NCBI GenBank assembly: GCA_040954595.2
Contig: CM082584.2
Coordinates: 11,250,552-11,314,551, forward strand
Reading direction: 5' to 3'
From: Balanoglossus misakiensis
Lineage: Eukaryota > Animalia > Hemichordata
DNA length: 64,000 nucleotides
Below are positions 23,790 to 38,500 of the stretch, one piece after another (position 1 is the first letter of the stretch; every line of letters begins with the position of its first letter). The notes under the pieces are model-generated. The model saw only the letters and a list, made by a program, of their open reading frames with translations, searched no databases and had not been told where the DNA came from. The position numbers and the translations under genes were made by a program.

Positions 23790-23870
23790 TCTTTTAGTTT
23801 TCTCTATGAAGAATTGTCGCCAACCTACCGACCGTAGACCGATAATTCAGACGCCCTGACAACGCAAAGA
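23790..23870 (+). promoter_or_regulatory. SECIS element 2 of SELENOP
   Basis: ATGAA (23806-23810), 9-bp stem GAATTGTCG/CGATAATTC, CCAAC loop with mini-stem CTAC/GTAG, AGAC (23849-23852). AATAAA follows at 23966. Confidence 0.88.
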
Positions 23871-26539
23871 AACGATATCAAAACTTGCAATCTGGTGTGA
23901 CGTGGAACTACAGTGGGAGACTAAACTGTTGTGTTTTGTAAACGATTTAAAGTTGATCAGAAGACAATAAAAGTAATGATCTATAGTAAGGAAAACGTGC
24001 TTTTGTCTGTCATTACTACTGGGAGACGGAGGAGAAAGGGGAAATTGAGAGAGAACATGTGAGTGAGATTGGCAAAAATATGAACAAGATATGAACGTGT
24101 TTTGTTGAAGACTCTGCCACATACGGCGAGAAAAAACAAAATGCCATTACTTCAAAACCATTGAGGGCGCTAGTGATTTGTCCCTTCGTGATTTGATGAG
24201 CAGGTACAGAAATGATTTGCTCGTTTGTCTCTGCTCTGGCAACTTTCATTCTTTACTAATGTTAAGATCAGAAATTGGCGGCACTGAAAAAATATTGGCC
24301 GATCTTATTCCTAACGATTTTATAAAATAATTTTAAAGCTAGATGAACACAGTCTATGTGCTATTGTACTGTTTTTGGCCACGGGTGCAGTCCGTGAGGC
24401 TCAGGAGACCACAATGGTTGTATGCAAATGAATGTTAATAGTTGATATCATTTATTGGGCAATAGTCATATTTCATTTCATTCGCTACAAGGTCGAATTA
24501 ACTATACACCTATTTTCTGTTGCTGGACAAATGGTAATACATTGTAGGAACCTGGACATTTGCATGATCAACATCGAAATACATCGTCCAAAATCAACAC
24601 TGATACCAATGCTTCTTTTTTGCATTTATCTCGGTTTCAGGTGACCAAATAAAAAGAGCGTAAAGATCAACTGCTCTTAGCCTACGTGAACATTTTCTAT
24701 CTGCAGCTATATTTTGTAAAAATGACGAAAAAACAAATGTTACTAGCTGCCTAGATATTGAGGGCGCCTGCGACAGCTTCGACGATGTCAAAGTGCTGTG
24801 CACTATCGCCAAATTGGTCGAAAAATAAGAAAGCACACACACAATAGATGACACCATCGAACTCCTACATAATTCAGCCTATGTGTACACTGCCCTCATG
24901 CAAACAGTGCTGGCAAATTACACCACCTCCAATGCAGATGTCTGCACAACCTATGCAGACACAGTCACAGACACATCTGTCATTTTAAAAACTGCATTGG
25001 CAAAGACGTATATCAGAGCCAACATTCATATTGCCCTCACGACAACTGATTCTGAACAGGGTCTGTCCATCAATGGGAATGTCTGCAGATAAATTTCTAA
25101 AGGTGGGGGCCGTGCTGTCCACCAAAACATGGCATATCTTTTATCAGTTCAATTATGGTTGTCATTCCTCTTTTGAATACACATACACTCCTAATTGCCC
25201 CAGTCGCTAATTGCTTCCAAATTGATGTCTGGCACCAGACCATAGCACGGGCCCTTTGAATACTCTGCCTCTGACAGGGATAATTAGTCAGTTATCAAAT
25301 CTGATTCTGGGTTACAGTATGGTTGATGCTGTTACTAGGCAACTGTGTGGGTGGGGTGCAATATGGCTGCCTATCCATGTTTGACAAAGTTTAATATCCC
25401 ACCCTCCAAGTTTTTAGCCACGTATTTGTGTCCTTAATGAAAATAATCCTCTCTAGAATAGAGGGAAAAATAAACTTGTACAAATAGCCTGCACAGAGAG
25501 CACTGGCACTGGTTTTAAAATAAATGATAAAACATTTGTCCAACATATTTGAGGGCATGTTTCTATACCTGTGTGGAATGGTAGAGATAATACGTTCCGA
25601 TGTACTCATTTATTTGATCTATTAATAGGCACATATTATCATGTTTTCGTACAAACCAATCCTGGTATCTCTCTCAGTCTCCACGTTAATGCCATTTTAT
25701 CTTCGCAGATACTGGTGTAAAGCCCATAGTTGATCTTGTTTGCCACGGGATTATCGTTAAGCTGATCATTCTAGGGCAAGATCACATTTTGTGACCTGCC
25801 AAAAGTACGGTGCTGATCCGGTGACATTGACCATGATTTCATTGGCGGGAGGGTGCAACGATGAAAACTTTCACTTCAATTTCATCCGAGTAACGTACAT
25901 TGGGGTGATCCTGTCAGCAAGTCAGCATCTTTCAAGTCTACCGATGCTTTGAGCAGTGACAGACTCTGACAAAGTCCACATTGGTTTAAAAGTTCATGTT
26001 TTCGAAGTTTACCGTTCATTGCACTCGGCGTGTTATTTTATTTTCCTGATAGCAATGGCTTAATGGATGAGAGTGCCCACCCCCCCCCCCCCCCCTCGAA
26101 CTAGAAACATTGACAGTGAGTCAATATGCCATTCAGATATTGCACACCAGGCCATGGCCAACATTGGCTTCATGCTCTATTTAGAGCAACAAAAACAACA
26201 ACATTCTCAGCAACCTCAGAAGAAACAAAATGGCAAATGGTCTGACCGTTGCAAACGTATATTTATAAAATAAAACTTACTCTTCATTGAGTTGAAATTG
26301 TGGAAAGAATGTAACAGAAAATAACAAGACGACACAAGCATTGCTTTGTGAGATAACAAGAAACTCGAGTCTCTGAGTACATGTACTGTTGGCCACCACT
26401 TCTATCATCTGGAAGAGTAGGCCTCCTTTTTTCTCTAAGTTCAGCACATCAAGTTAAATCTTTCATCCACCACACACTGTCTGGGACAGAGTTGATTTTT
26501 TTTGCAGTCATGGCATCTTGAGTGACGGGGACAGCACTG

Positions 26540-29500
26540 TTATCTGGTGTCCAAGGCTTTGTCTCGGCTGATGACGGACTCTTCGAATTTGATCATCAAC
26601 GTCGTCCCCTTGTGCCAGTGAGCCGTGACTTTGGCGGGCTGTCAAACAGAACACAAACAGAAAAAGGAAAGTTGAATGTGTGATGTGGGCCAGGAGACCA
26701 GCACTGCTACAGAAGCCCACCTTTTCAACAGACTCCTCCTCGCGAGACCGTAAAAATCGTCATAAAACCAGTAAAGAGAGGATTACTTTTCTCGCACAAC
26801 GGTAGAAAGGTCTTTATCGGATGCTCACAGACAGTATAAAAGTCCAGGTAGTTTGGAGATGATTAAGATTCTCTATTCAACCACCAAGCCGTAACCCTGG
26901 GTGTTTAGCGACGTTTAGAGCTTCCGACAATTCATCCAGCAGACATTACAACTTTTATTATTTAACACTCATTGGTATGAGAGCACCCAGACCGCCTATT
27001 TCACACATAAAAAGCAAGAAAGTTGACCCATTACGTCTTTACTCCTGCACTTTGAGCACAAAATTCATTTTAGAAAAATGCTCGTGTTTTATTTTGCTCT
27101 CTGGTGAGTTTTTAGTGGTGACCCAATTCACACGAATGCAGACGGACTAACAAGACACTGCGGCAATTTACTCAGTCAATCTACTTGGTTGTCGCTCGCC
27201 ATTTTATTCCTCTAACCCACTTTTTTTTCTTGTCCCGATTCCCATTATGCCATCAAATGAAATTGGTGTGTTAAATGTGTTGCTATTCAACCCTGTGTGA
27301 ATGCAATCTTTCTGGTTGCATTCACCAAAGTCGTGTCGCTCTAGTCGGGCGTCCGATTGTTGGGAACCGCATAAAACATTTTGAATTAGTTGCCTGGTTT
27401 CTCTCTCTCTTTTCCTATTTGATGACTTGTCCACAATTTAAATTTGCAATTTCTTAGTTAAGCGTTAGAGGTGACATGACCTCTGCTGCATGTTAGAAAA
27501 GACCACAGTGGCGATTTCTAAGCTCTGTCGGATCCAGAACTATTACAGCTTGGTCGAAAAAGAAAATGACACGGTTAATCAGCGGTCTGGCTCCATGCGT
27601 TCTCCATCAAGCTGTCTGACCGACTGTCTAGGGTCACTGACCGCAACCCCAAACTGTACTGACTGGTCACACTGACCGTGCAGCCGAAGGTCCCCACATA
27701 CCGTACTTGGCAATACAGGTCGATAACCTTGAACTGAATAATGGAAATCTTGCATTTGCAGAAGCTAGACTGTTATTTTCTTAAAAAATGTTCTGTCTTG
27801 AATTTTTGCAGATATACCTACCCTCCTGCATCTCTTTACCAACTCTAGTGACTTCTGCAAAGTTCACATGCCCCAAATTATCTGAAGTCCCAGATTTATC
27901 CAAAATCACAAGACTTTCCAGGTAACAGACTATTAAATTTGACATCCTTTTCACGCACCCCCACCCCTAGCACAACAATGCACTCTTTGAGGTCATTGGC
28001 ACCTTGACTTACATGAGTGGCGGTGTGTCACCCATGACAAGTAAACAGTGGAAATGTTTGGAAGATCCTGTCAGAGCATACAGCACGTTAGCAATCTGGC
28101 ATAATTACAATGTACACCATCTTTCTATTTGTTTTATTTATACCACACAATGACCTGTTTTCTATCTTACATGTATGTACAAAGTCAGTAATTTGGCAAG
28201 TATGTGTATAAACACATCACAGTAGGGCATGAATTTCGCAGGGGGGGGGGGGGGGGAGGGAGGTTAAGCTGCCCTACTATTGATATACACATGGCAGTAC
28301 TGATAGGGTGGCTGTTACGCCACAAGGCGGCAATGCCAAACAGTGTCTCCCCCCCACCCCTCTCCTTCCGTTACAGAATGAAATGTATACTCACGAAATT
28401 GCAACCATTAAGCACAGCCTCCACAATGCCCGCAGTAAAAGCTGCACAGTTCAAACCACCTGAGAGACAAAATAACACAACAAAAGCATGGTTAGAGTTT
28501 TAGGGAGGGAGGGGGGGGGGTGCTTCAATAAAAGGAGGGTGTGGTCCAAGAATTCTCAAGGGAAACACATGGTTGCCCAAACGACTGGAATCAGAAACAA
28601 GTGTTAAAAAGAAAAGACATTTCTGCATAAAGATCAAGTAAATGCTACACCTGAAGTCACATTAACTGCAATGTGCACATCGTGGAGACTCACATGATGG
28701 TGGTGTCCTTCTACAAACCCACCATCACCCAAAAGCATGGAAGGGTGAAAGGGGGAGGGGGCTGTGTCACACGTGTTAAGTAAATCATCCGGCGCAGACA
28801 AAACAAATCGGTCAACACCCTTGGAGTGGTTACAATTTGGGAGAAGTGGGGTCTGTTTAAACATCTTGACTTCAAATAAATACCACTTTTTAAAAAAAAA
28901 CAGATGTACTATTTCAGACTGACAGTTCTGGAGGCAAGGAATGCCCACTTCACACTCAAGTGGTTATTTTGCATAACCCCGTAAATAAACCCAGACTTTC
29001 ATCTTTTTTTTCTTTTCTTGCTTTACTTTTTTGACGGACAGTACACCCTACTAAGAAACTAAAAATAGGCGTCGGTGGTTATGAAAGTGTGTAGACTGAC
29101 ATACACTTCACAGATTGCCCGGTTTCTTGGCTCGTGATAAAAACCACTTGAATCCAGCAAACCCCAAAGGTACTTAGCGAGCAACGCTAATTGTTTCTGA
29201 TGTGTCGTTCTGCTGACAGGTTTTGGGAGAGAGTCAGCGAAATCGAACAGCGGCGCGCTTCCAATCCACGCAATCAATCTCCGCACATTTCAACAGTTGA
29301 TAATAAAGCGTTTTTGAAAAACACCATCGGCAACCGTCGCCGTGGCAAATGTAGGGGATTAATGGTGTTGAGACCGTCTGCTGCAATGACCTCAAATGTG
29401 TTTCTAATTCTTGGTTTGATGATAGAAGATTGTGCTTAGGGAAGGTTTTTATCGCGGTGGATAATTTTTCAAACTGGAATTCGTGATGAAAAACATTGGC

Positions 29501-32500
29501 GGAGAGAGACTAGACGGGAGAAAAAAAAAGATCATTCTGGGTTGGATTACTTGGTAAACATCTGCATGTAAAGGAAACAGCTATTGATACCTCCAGTCTA
29601 GTCTAGTGTTGGTTGGAGATCTATGGGAATGTCGTGTTCCGCCCTTCACCTTGGTTGGGCGAGACAGAGAGAAACTCTGTGTGTGGTTCTGCAGGCAGCC
29701 AGTGTCGCTGCACTGGCAGTTGGCTAAGTTGAGGAGTTTGTGTCCTCTGACAAAACCCAAGACATCAGTAAGCCAGTCACTCACTCACTCACTCACACAC
29801 ACCCCTCACTCACTCACTCACTCATTTATTTATTTATTCATTCATTCTGTTTTTAGATTGTGTACGTGGTGCAGGATGCAGATTTGGACAGCAAAGCCAG
29901 GTGGGGATGTGAATTTAACCCTTTCACACCATCGTGGTTCAGTCCAAACCCACTGTTTTCTATGGCAAGATTGGACCTCTAAAGAGTGAACTGGGGGTGA
30001 GAGGGTTAAACCCGGTGGTGTGAATAGCCCATGTTCAATGGGCGATGCAGAGATGGATGGACATTTGAGACAAAGTGGTGGACAGTTCAGAGGGTGGGGC
30101 GGATGGAATAAATAATTTGAGAAAAAGATATGAGGTGATCGCCGGTCAAGAATTTATTGACTGCCAGTAAGTGTGAGTGGATCTGTGAATGACTTCCGCG
30201 TTACTGACTGCAGTGACAGCTGAGCTGTGAGCAAACAATTTGCTGTGGTGGGATTAAAGTTACTTTCTCTTAATGATTTGGTTTATTGAGTAGTAGAAGC
30301 ATCGTGCATGTTGAACAGAAGGTGCACATCCTCAGTTGACCTAGGCGTCTCAGTAGAGAGAGGCGTGCCTCTTTTTTTTCGGAGTGGGTTTGTACACCTG
30401 GTTCCCATGACAACAAGGCGTGACAAACATACACACATGAATGCACTTTCACACGTACTATAAACTTCTGCGTACACATCTTCCATTTTTCTCGGCCACC
30501 TTCTTGACAACCTTCGCAGAAAAAGCATAATTTTCAGCGGGACAGTAATCACAATGTGCCCTAGCAGCAGTGAAAGTGACCCACTGAAATTGAGACCCAA
30601 GCAACAGAATGATCGTTTGCAAAATATCCGCCTAGAATTTCGGATAACAGAAAGTGATGGGCGTGGCACACCTGCCTAAAATCGGATACCTGAAAAATAC
30701 AAAGTCAACTCGACGTCCTGAAATTAAAGTGGGCTTGAACTGGTCTGATATGTACCATCCATCTGCTCAACATTCCAAGAAACTCTCTCTCCTTCTTTAA
30801 AAGAATCCCCCACATTCCCTTGTAAATACTCTCAAGTAGGTCCCCACTTGAAGTTACACTTGACTCGGGCGGACAGTGTTTGGATTACGCCGCTAACACC
30901 GCCGCCAAACAGAAACGACTTTTGCTCCACTCGCAGGGCTCAGTAATACCTTGTCCAAACTCCCGACGACGGCATCATTCCCACTTGTCAAAGTAATCAC
31001 ACAGGAGAGAGAAACACTTGAGCTTTTGCCAGGAATGCAAACACGGCACAACCTCGGCCACAATGGACCGGAATGCGTACGAGGGAAGAAAAAAAGATGA
31101 CAGAAAAAAAAATTCAAAAAAGGTGATGGAAGTGGCACTTCTGCCCCGACACATTGTTTTCTTATCCACTGTTGGTGTTTTGGTTCGAGACTCTGAAACG
31201 AGCTTAATGTCTATCACAACACTCCTGCACGGGTATATACCATCAACACAAGCCACGCATTCTCCAGGTAAAGTGGCACCCCACAAAAGAGACTGAGAGA
31301 CAACCACATACCTCCAGTGATACTTGAATGGTACAACGGTCTCTCATCACACAAAAAATCCCACAAGGACTTGAGAGGGAGTCCCGACCACTAGTGTCTT
31401 TAATAGTCTGGTATGTCAAACACGACTTCTCTTTCTAACTTGATAGAGAGCTAACCTACTTAATACACTCGCCTGTTTTCAAACTAAATCAAATAATTAC
31501 ATTGGGACTTTGGGAAAAGACTTTACATGAACTGAACACTGGCTTTTTTCTCTTGCAGGTGGAGTGGAGACTTTCATACAGCAGTGATTTAATCTTCAAT
31601 CTGAAATAATATTTTCTTCAAATGAAATATTTGATCTATGACCTCTCGCTTTGATAATTATGTGAATAAAGCTGCCAAAAACTCTCCCCTGAGGCTTCTG
31701 AAAATGTATCGAACTTTTTCGAGTAATAAAGGATTCTCACATTCTAGCTCAAAATGTCAGTAGAAAGCTATAACCGGCACTTGAGTCGACACAGTGGAGT
31801 TGTTAAACATTCATTACAGTTGAAAACCGTGAAGTGAAGTGGAAAGATGTAAAATTGATTTCAGACTTCAGTTGTACAAGCACCACACGTAAATTGATGT
31901 CAGAACTCTCTTGCTATGCAGACTGACTTTGTCTGTTACAGTTGGCTGCCTGATAGTGGCCTACCCAGGGAGTGAGATGTCCTGAATCCCTGTTGCCATG
32001 CCAATAATGGAGGATAAAGGAGAGGGAAAAAAAGAGAATATTCTTCCAACCTAGTTTCCATAACGCTTAAAGAAATCTGGCAAAAAAAGTGACTGATCAG
32101 TTGGGGGACAAACAATCACACTTCGGGTCAAACCTGGCATGTATTTTCTTGCTACATGCGGTGCATTAGAGAACGTGTAGACTTAGCGGTAGGTCAGACT
32201 GACAGAAAGGCCACACTGGGGTTGAGGTTTCATTCGGTGGAGGTGTTAAAAATCCCAGAGGACTGTCCCACAGGCAGTCGGTGTTTACCACTCCACTAAT
32301 GGTTACTATTCCCCCATGTACAGTGTGTAGCCTTCTTTTCTCTGCGACTATTGCTATTGTGCGTTTAGTAGAAATATTGGCTTTAACGGAGAGGACAGCA
32401 TTGTAGATTCAATTACAGAGGTTGGGGGTAAAAGGTGGGGAAGTTCCAGCGGTCCGCTACCGTTATCTGGATGTTTTCTCGTGACAGGTGTGTGGGATAG

Positions 32501-35500
32501 GGGAAAAATCCGAGTTCTGGAATTTCAAGTATTCCGACTTGTAGGACTAGACGGAAAGTGACACCACAGTGGTGAGATAACAGGTTGGAGTGAATGTGAG
32601 AATGCAAGATTTGGAGCATCTGAGCCAAGACAGATCTCAGACTCTTGAACTGAAATCATTTAATGGGATGTTGGGTTGTTTTTGTTATGATACTTCAACT
32701 CTGCACGTTGGAATCACAGAGTCCTTAATTCATCTCTGCTGTATAATGTTTAATTCCTGTGTTGAAATAAAAACCAATCATGTGTCATCATGGTAAAATA
32801 CAGGCCTGGGTGAGAATACAGCTGCTATTTTGAGAACAGGACATAATTGTCATCATCTGCAGTGATTCAAATGTACAACAGCATCAACAGGTTGCAACTA
32901 CAATACATGTATAAACCTTCAAGACACATTTTATACTGAGACAGGGAGAGAACTCTGCATGGACCAGATTCAGATTGTGATTCAGATTAAACCAACACTG
33001 AGTATCATGTCCCTGTCACAGATACTGTCGTAACCACGTGGCAACAGTAGTATGGGGGTGCAAGGGGGCGAGGGAGGGCAGTGGGACGGTCTCCGGCTTC
33101 GGACGTCACGGTGACGTCAAACTACCAAAGAGCTCCCGTCTGCGAGGTAGGCTCGCAGAGGAAAACTCTCACAGGGCGCACGGCGACCGTGCAAGATAAA
33201 CATCACAGACAGACTACCACCAAGACAACAGAAGTATCGCATGTGGGATTAGGAATCCACGGGGCAAGTCAATGACACTGTAAAGCAATATTTACGTATG
33301 CTGAACAGGTGAGGAATCATGAGCGTCAGACACCGTCGGGTGACGACAACCCCGTAATTACATAACCTAATAGTACGGTCACACTGCACGAAATCTACCC
33401 GCACACCTGCTCCCTTTGACAATAATTAACATCATCCCCCAATCAAAACTTCCAACAGACATTGCAACATCGTGACAGGAATACCGTACCATAATTTCAC
33501 ATACGAACACAGGCACTAGAAAAAAAACCATCATACCTGCAGCGCAAACGGTCAGGGTACGTTTGATACGTTAATTGGCGCACATCGCAGCGCCGTGCCA
33601 ACGGTATCCACTCTTCTGGGTTGCGAATATTTATACGTCTATTATTTATAATGGCCATTATTTCTTTCTCAAGAGATATATGGTAGGAATAATAGCTGCT
33701 GGATTACTGAACTGAATGTCAAACAAATTCATAACCGAACTTTACCCAGAGTAACCTATGCTACTACTTCTTGGGCAATACGCGGAACAGATTTTTCTAA
33801 AATGAATCATAAATACAAAGTGCATTGCAAATATGTTTCTTTTCATAGTTTCTGCAATAATTTGATCTCAAATATTTTTTTTTGGCAAAAATTCATAAAA
33901 TATTTTTGCATACATGAAAGTTTGTATGTCGCGCAATGTTTGACCAATGCTGGGTGGTAAAATCTCAAGTAGGTCAGTATAGAAATATTTGATGATATGA
34001 AGACAAGAGGTTAGTTTTAGTTACAGTGGAATGAGAACAGAAAACATGTAGTGGACTATACCTGATTTTTCGCCTACCAGCTTGGCTGGCTCAATTAGGA
34101 GACAATATGATATATAAACCCATGTATAAGTTCTAATTTTAAACCACACACTCAACCTTTGACAGTGTATTTTTTCAGAAGCTATGTTATGCACTTGAGA
34201 ATGAAAGAATTGTCACCTGTCAAACTACTAATGTATCAGACCACAGTCTGTTAATATTGCAGAAGGTGAATACTGGTATGGGTGTCTTTTCATCAAAGCA
34301 TGACTCTGCATTACTGATTTCAGGAATCTTGAGCAAGACTTTTTTAATGGATTGACATGATCATGATTCCTTAAAATCAAGGTTCTGCAGAAACATAGCA
34401 GGTGATTTCCTGGAAACCAGCCACAAAGGGCTGACAGTTCTTGTCGGAACAGACACCAGTAACCAGTATCTTGTCTGAGACAGTCCTGGTTGTCATTCGA
34501 AACATAATTTTTCAGTTAATTGATGTGTTTTTCTTTCTGAGAACTTGTTGACCGCTGTACCTCTATGACATGACAGCAGTGGTATGTGAATCATCATATT
34601 TTTGGCGTGGCCGCCTGCATTCCACAGTACCTGGTTTAGGACAAGCAGAGTACAAAATAATCTTCAAGTCAGTCCTTTTTGCCATGCTTTAGCGTGTAAC
34701 CACGCTGCATATGAGCATGGAATGCTGTATTGACGTACGCCTGCACAAACACACACACAAATACTGTGAAAACGCTGCAATACACACACCAATACAAACA
34801 AACACCGGAAGCAATAAAGAGATATTGATAAAAACGTTCATAAATAGGTCAGAAATAAAATTATTAATTGCAACGATAACAGATATGACAACCATGTTCT
34901 TTGGGTGCTGAACCAATATCAGGGGACAACAACGCAAATATTGACTCGTAGGCCCCTATGATCATTTCCAATCAGCGCTTATTTGATTCTAACACCTTTA
35001 ACAAATGTTTCTTTATTTGCAACGTTTACGTACATTTGTTTGCTTGTGTTTGTAAGGCATCCTAACACTCGGGTGTTACATGGTTCTCAGCGCCTGCGAG
35101 TGTACTCTGGCAAATAAAATACCTAGCATGGCGAAGGGAGACACATAACTGGGAGTGCTTCCACACATACAGGGCATAGGCCACAGTAACTATGGCACAG
35201 ATGACAAATATTGTGTTTCCATGGAGAAAATAGCGACCATAAAATCAGTGTTGAGATGACAAAGGCTGTTAGGGGGTGTTGTCATTTTTTGCCATCACCT
35301 TTGCCCTTTTATTTCAGTTACGGTGTAAAATCTGGTGAATTTTTTAAACACACTTAAAGCAGTGCACTCAAGGTGTATCTGTATCTCATTCAGTTTTTCT
35401 TTCAAGAATAATTTTGGTTTACCGAATCAAGAAAATGAAGAAGAGAACCTGTGCCATTGAATGCTGCCAAACACTTCTGTACATGCAACACATCGCACAC

Positions 35501-38500
35501 CATAACCGCCAGTTCAGCTCATCTCGTTCTGACAATCAGGGAGCCGTGAATGGGCCACCCAAGTGAAAAGTCTTAATTACAACCAATTAAGACAGATTCA
35601 CCCCTAATTGGTTTGTCAGTCCCTCTTGCATGTCAGTTATAGTCAAGCGAGAGAATGGTCGCTGTCAAAGCCAACTGAAAATGGTCCCTGAACAAGTTTC
35701 TATAGCATGAGGTCTATCCTGTGGCATAGTGTTTTGTGTTGGGGAGGTGGGAGGAGGGGGGCAGTCCACAATGGGGTGCAAGAAACCATGTCGTGGCCAG
35801 CTGATCAGGGCCTGACTATTACCTCTCAAAGCCACCAGTCTCCAGATACAGAGAGAACCCGGAACGTTTATTCTCCTCGTAGTCATGAAACCTCCCAAAC
35901 AGTGCACGTGTCAAAACTGACTGTGTTATAGTATCCCAGAGGGTCAAAACCAAAATGAGTTAAATTTTCATCACTCCCAAGCCTAAGGAATAAATTTTAT
36001 TACTGCTGCCTAGCAGTACTCCAATGAAAACTACCTGGGCAAGTTCTTTATGTAGACAGGCATTTATTATTAAAAGCGAAAGGTAGGGGCATTAAACCCT
36101 GATTTCCTGAGATCGTTGTCTGCGCAAAGTGCGTTGACCACTGTTCTGTTCTTTCTGTATCCCGTTCGCAGTGACGGTACATTAGGGGAGCTTGCTAGTC
36201 TGAAGCTGTTTCACTTTTATTATTACCTTCAAGCAAGTGCTTGTTGAACAAACCGGGACAGGATGATAACGTTGTCCTTTTAGATGGGATAGAGGTGGGA
36301 TAGCTTTACTTTTTTTTCATGGACAAACTGTGTAAAGTTTAAGTACGCAGTCAGGGTTCTTTAGCATCAATGTGCGAGATTAGTAACAATCCCTACATAT
36401 CGAACACTGACACTATTGCAACATTTAAAGTTCACTCCATTATGAGTCATCATCGTGGACTGTACACTACCTGCGTAATCCTGAGTTGGTTGAACGTCAC
36501 GCGACGTAAAATTTTACCATAAATAGCTATTTTTACGCATCAGTTAGCTCAATGCTGGTCCCCTCACTAAAAACCTCACACCGTAGCAGACTTTAACACC
36601 TCCATAAAAACAGCCACAGAGATACCTATAGGATGAAAGATGGGCTAAGAATTTTCTATTCTGTGTCGTACAGGGGTTTTACGGGACAATAAAAACAAAT
36701 CGAAAGTCTAAAATAACCAACGGTTGATTGGACAAAACATAAAAATCTGCAATAAAGCCATTCTTTTTTGTCTGGGAATATCCTTTGTATATATATATTT
36801 ATTTCCACACGGAACAAATTGAAATCTACAAGAAGCGTGTTAAGTATTGAAGTTGAATTGTGACGCAGTTGGGAATATTTTCACGACATTTCGAATTTAT
36901 GGTTCTGAATCTTGGGGATTGACTGTAACTTTTTACAAAGGCAACAAATGCAGTCCAATTCGAAGTTTGATGTTGAACTGTGACGCAGTGGAAAATGTTG
37001 AACTGTGACGCAGTCAGAAATATTGGTGAAAGTGCAGTTGTGTCCCGCAAGTCGTACGTTGCTCTCTGCAGACAACAAAAACATAAAACGGTTCCGTTTT
37101 AATAACACACTGCTTAATGAGCATATTGATGTTCGCCTATTGCCATTATCATTTCCGGGCTGGCACTACGTTATATGCCAATGTTTCTTGTCATCGCATC
37201 ACTTGGACACCACAAACCTGTTCACTAGTACATGTGATTTGGGTAATGCCACATTTATTTTGAGAACAGCATATTAATGGAATACATCATGGCACACATG
37301 TTCTCATTGAGCCCACGCACATACGATATCCTTCCCGCTTCCAATTTCATCTGTTTCCGTGGTAACTGGTCATCGAAAAAGCCAAGCTTACATCAAAACC
37401 GAAAATTATCCCATTTCATGACAATTTGAATTTTTTTCCTGCTCCAAAAATAGGACAGAGACAACAATCAACAGTGTGATCCTGACGACTTCCCATTCAT
37501 GGATTTCAGCCCTGTCCACATCAACCCTGGCACAGTGCCAACGCGTGCCTACTCGCAGAGAACGGGATTACAATACAAGCGACGGAAGACACCTATAAAG
37601 AACATCAACCTGCGTCAAAAAGAAAAATCAAAATCACATGAGAAACATGTGACTTTTCCCATCTATACTCATGTGACTTCCTACGGAAATATCCACCCAT
37701 TTACCCTCCGCTACAAAAATAGTATAATGGTAAAACACTTTGCAATGATGTCGTTTCGCCACGGTAACAGATGTAAACACAGGAGTAGTAATCCTTTTCA
37801 TGTAACATCCGGTAATCTTCTTTTTTTTTGTATGACCATCTAAACATTGGTGACACGCTTTTTTTCTGAATGAATCTACGTCACTGCTTGGCATCTTTTG
37901 TTGTCATTTGACGGCAAAGTCGTGTGACCGGTTACACTGATGTATTCATTACGTGCTGTTTGCTAAATTGCTCAGATGTTATTTTTTCATTTAATCTACA
38001 TTGCTGGAATTTCTCTCTGTGCCTTTAACAAATGTTCTGTTTAAAAAGAAATACATCGATCTTTCGATTGTTTTACACCATACATCCTACGGCAAAAGAA
38101 GCTGTCAGTTGAACAAAATGATTTTTCGGGGAACAAGTTCGTTGTCATTCTGTGGCACAGAAATAAATAAACTTTTGTTAAAATATTTCACTTGAAGTTG
38201 TTCCAAACGTAACTTGCAACTTTTCTCACTGCTGGGTGGAAGAGGAGACAGTGATCAGTTACCATGGTGACCACACAGAAACAGAAAACGACATCAGCAA
38301 GTATTGGATTGGTTGTACTAGTAGGGAAGGTAAAACAGAGATTATTTTTAGACATGGTTTTGGGATAGCCCTAGGCAAGATTACACCACACTAGAGTCAT
38401 TGTGTTGACTGAACACAAACACAAATACAGACAGTAGAAAAAACAGCAACTTGCCGCTTGGGTTCTGTTATTTCTACCATCTACAAATTTCACCCAAGAA

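Noticed and set aside
30283-30705. 128-aa minus-strand ORF preceded by a good acceptor (TTTTTCAG|GTATCC) in TRAPPC5 intron 5
   Set aside because: No recognisable domain, and splicing from exon 5 gives a stop within five codons. There is no evidence to call it a poison exon or a recursive splice site.
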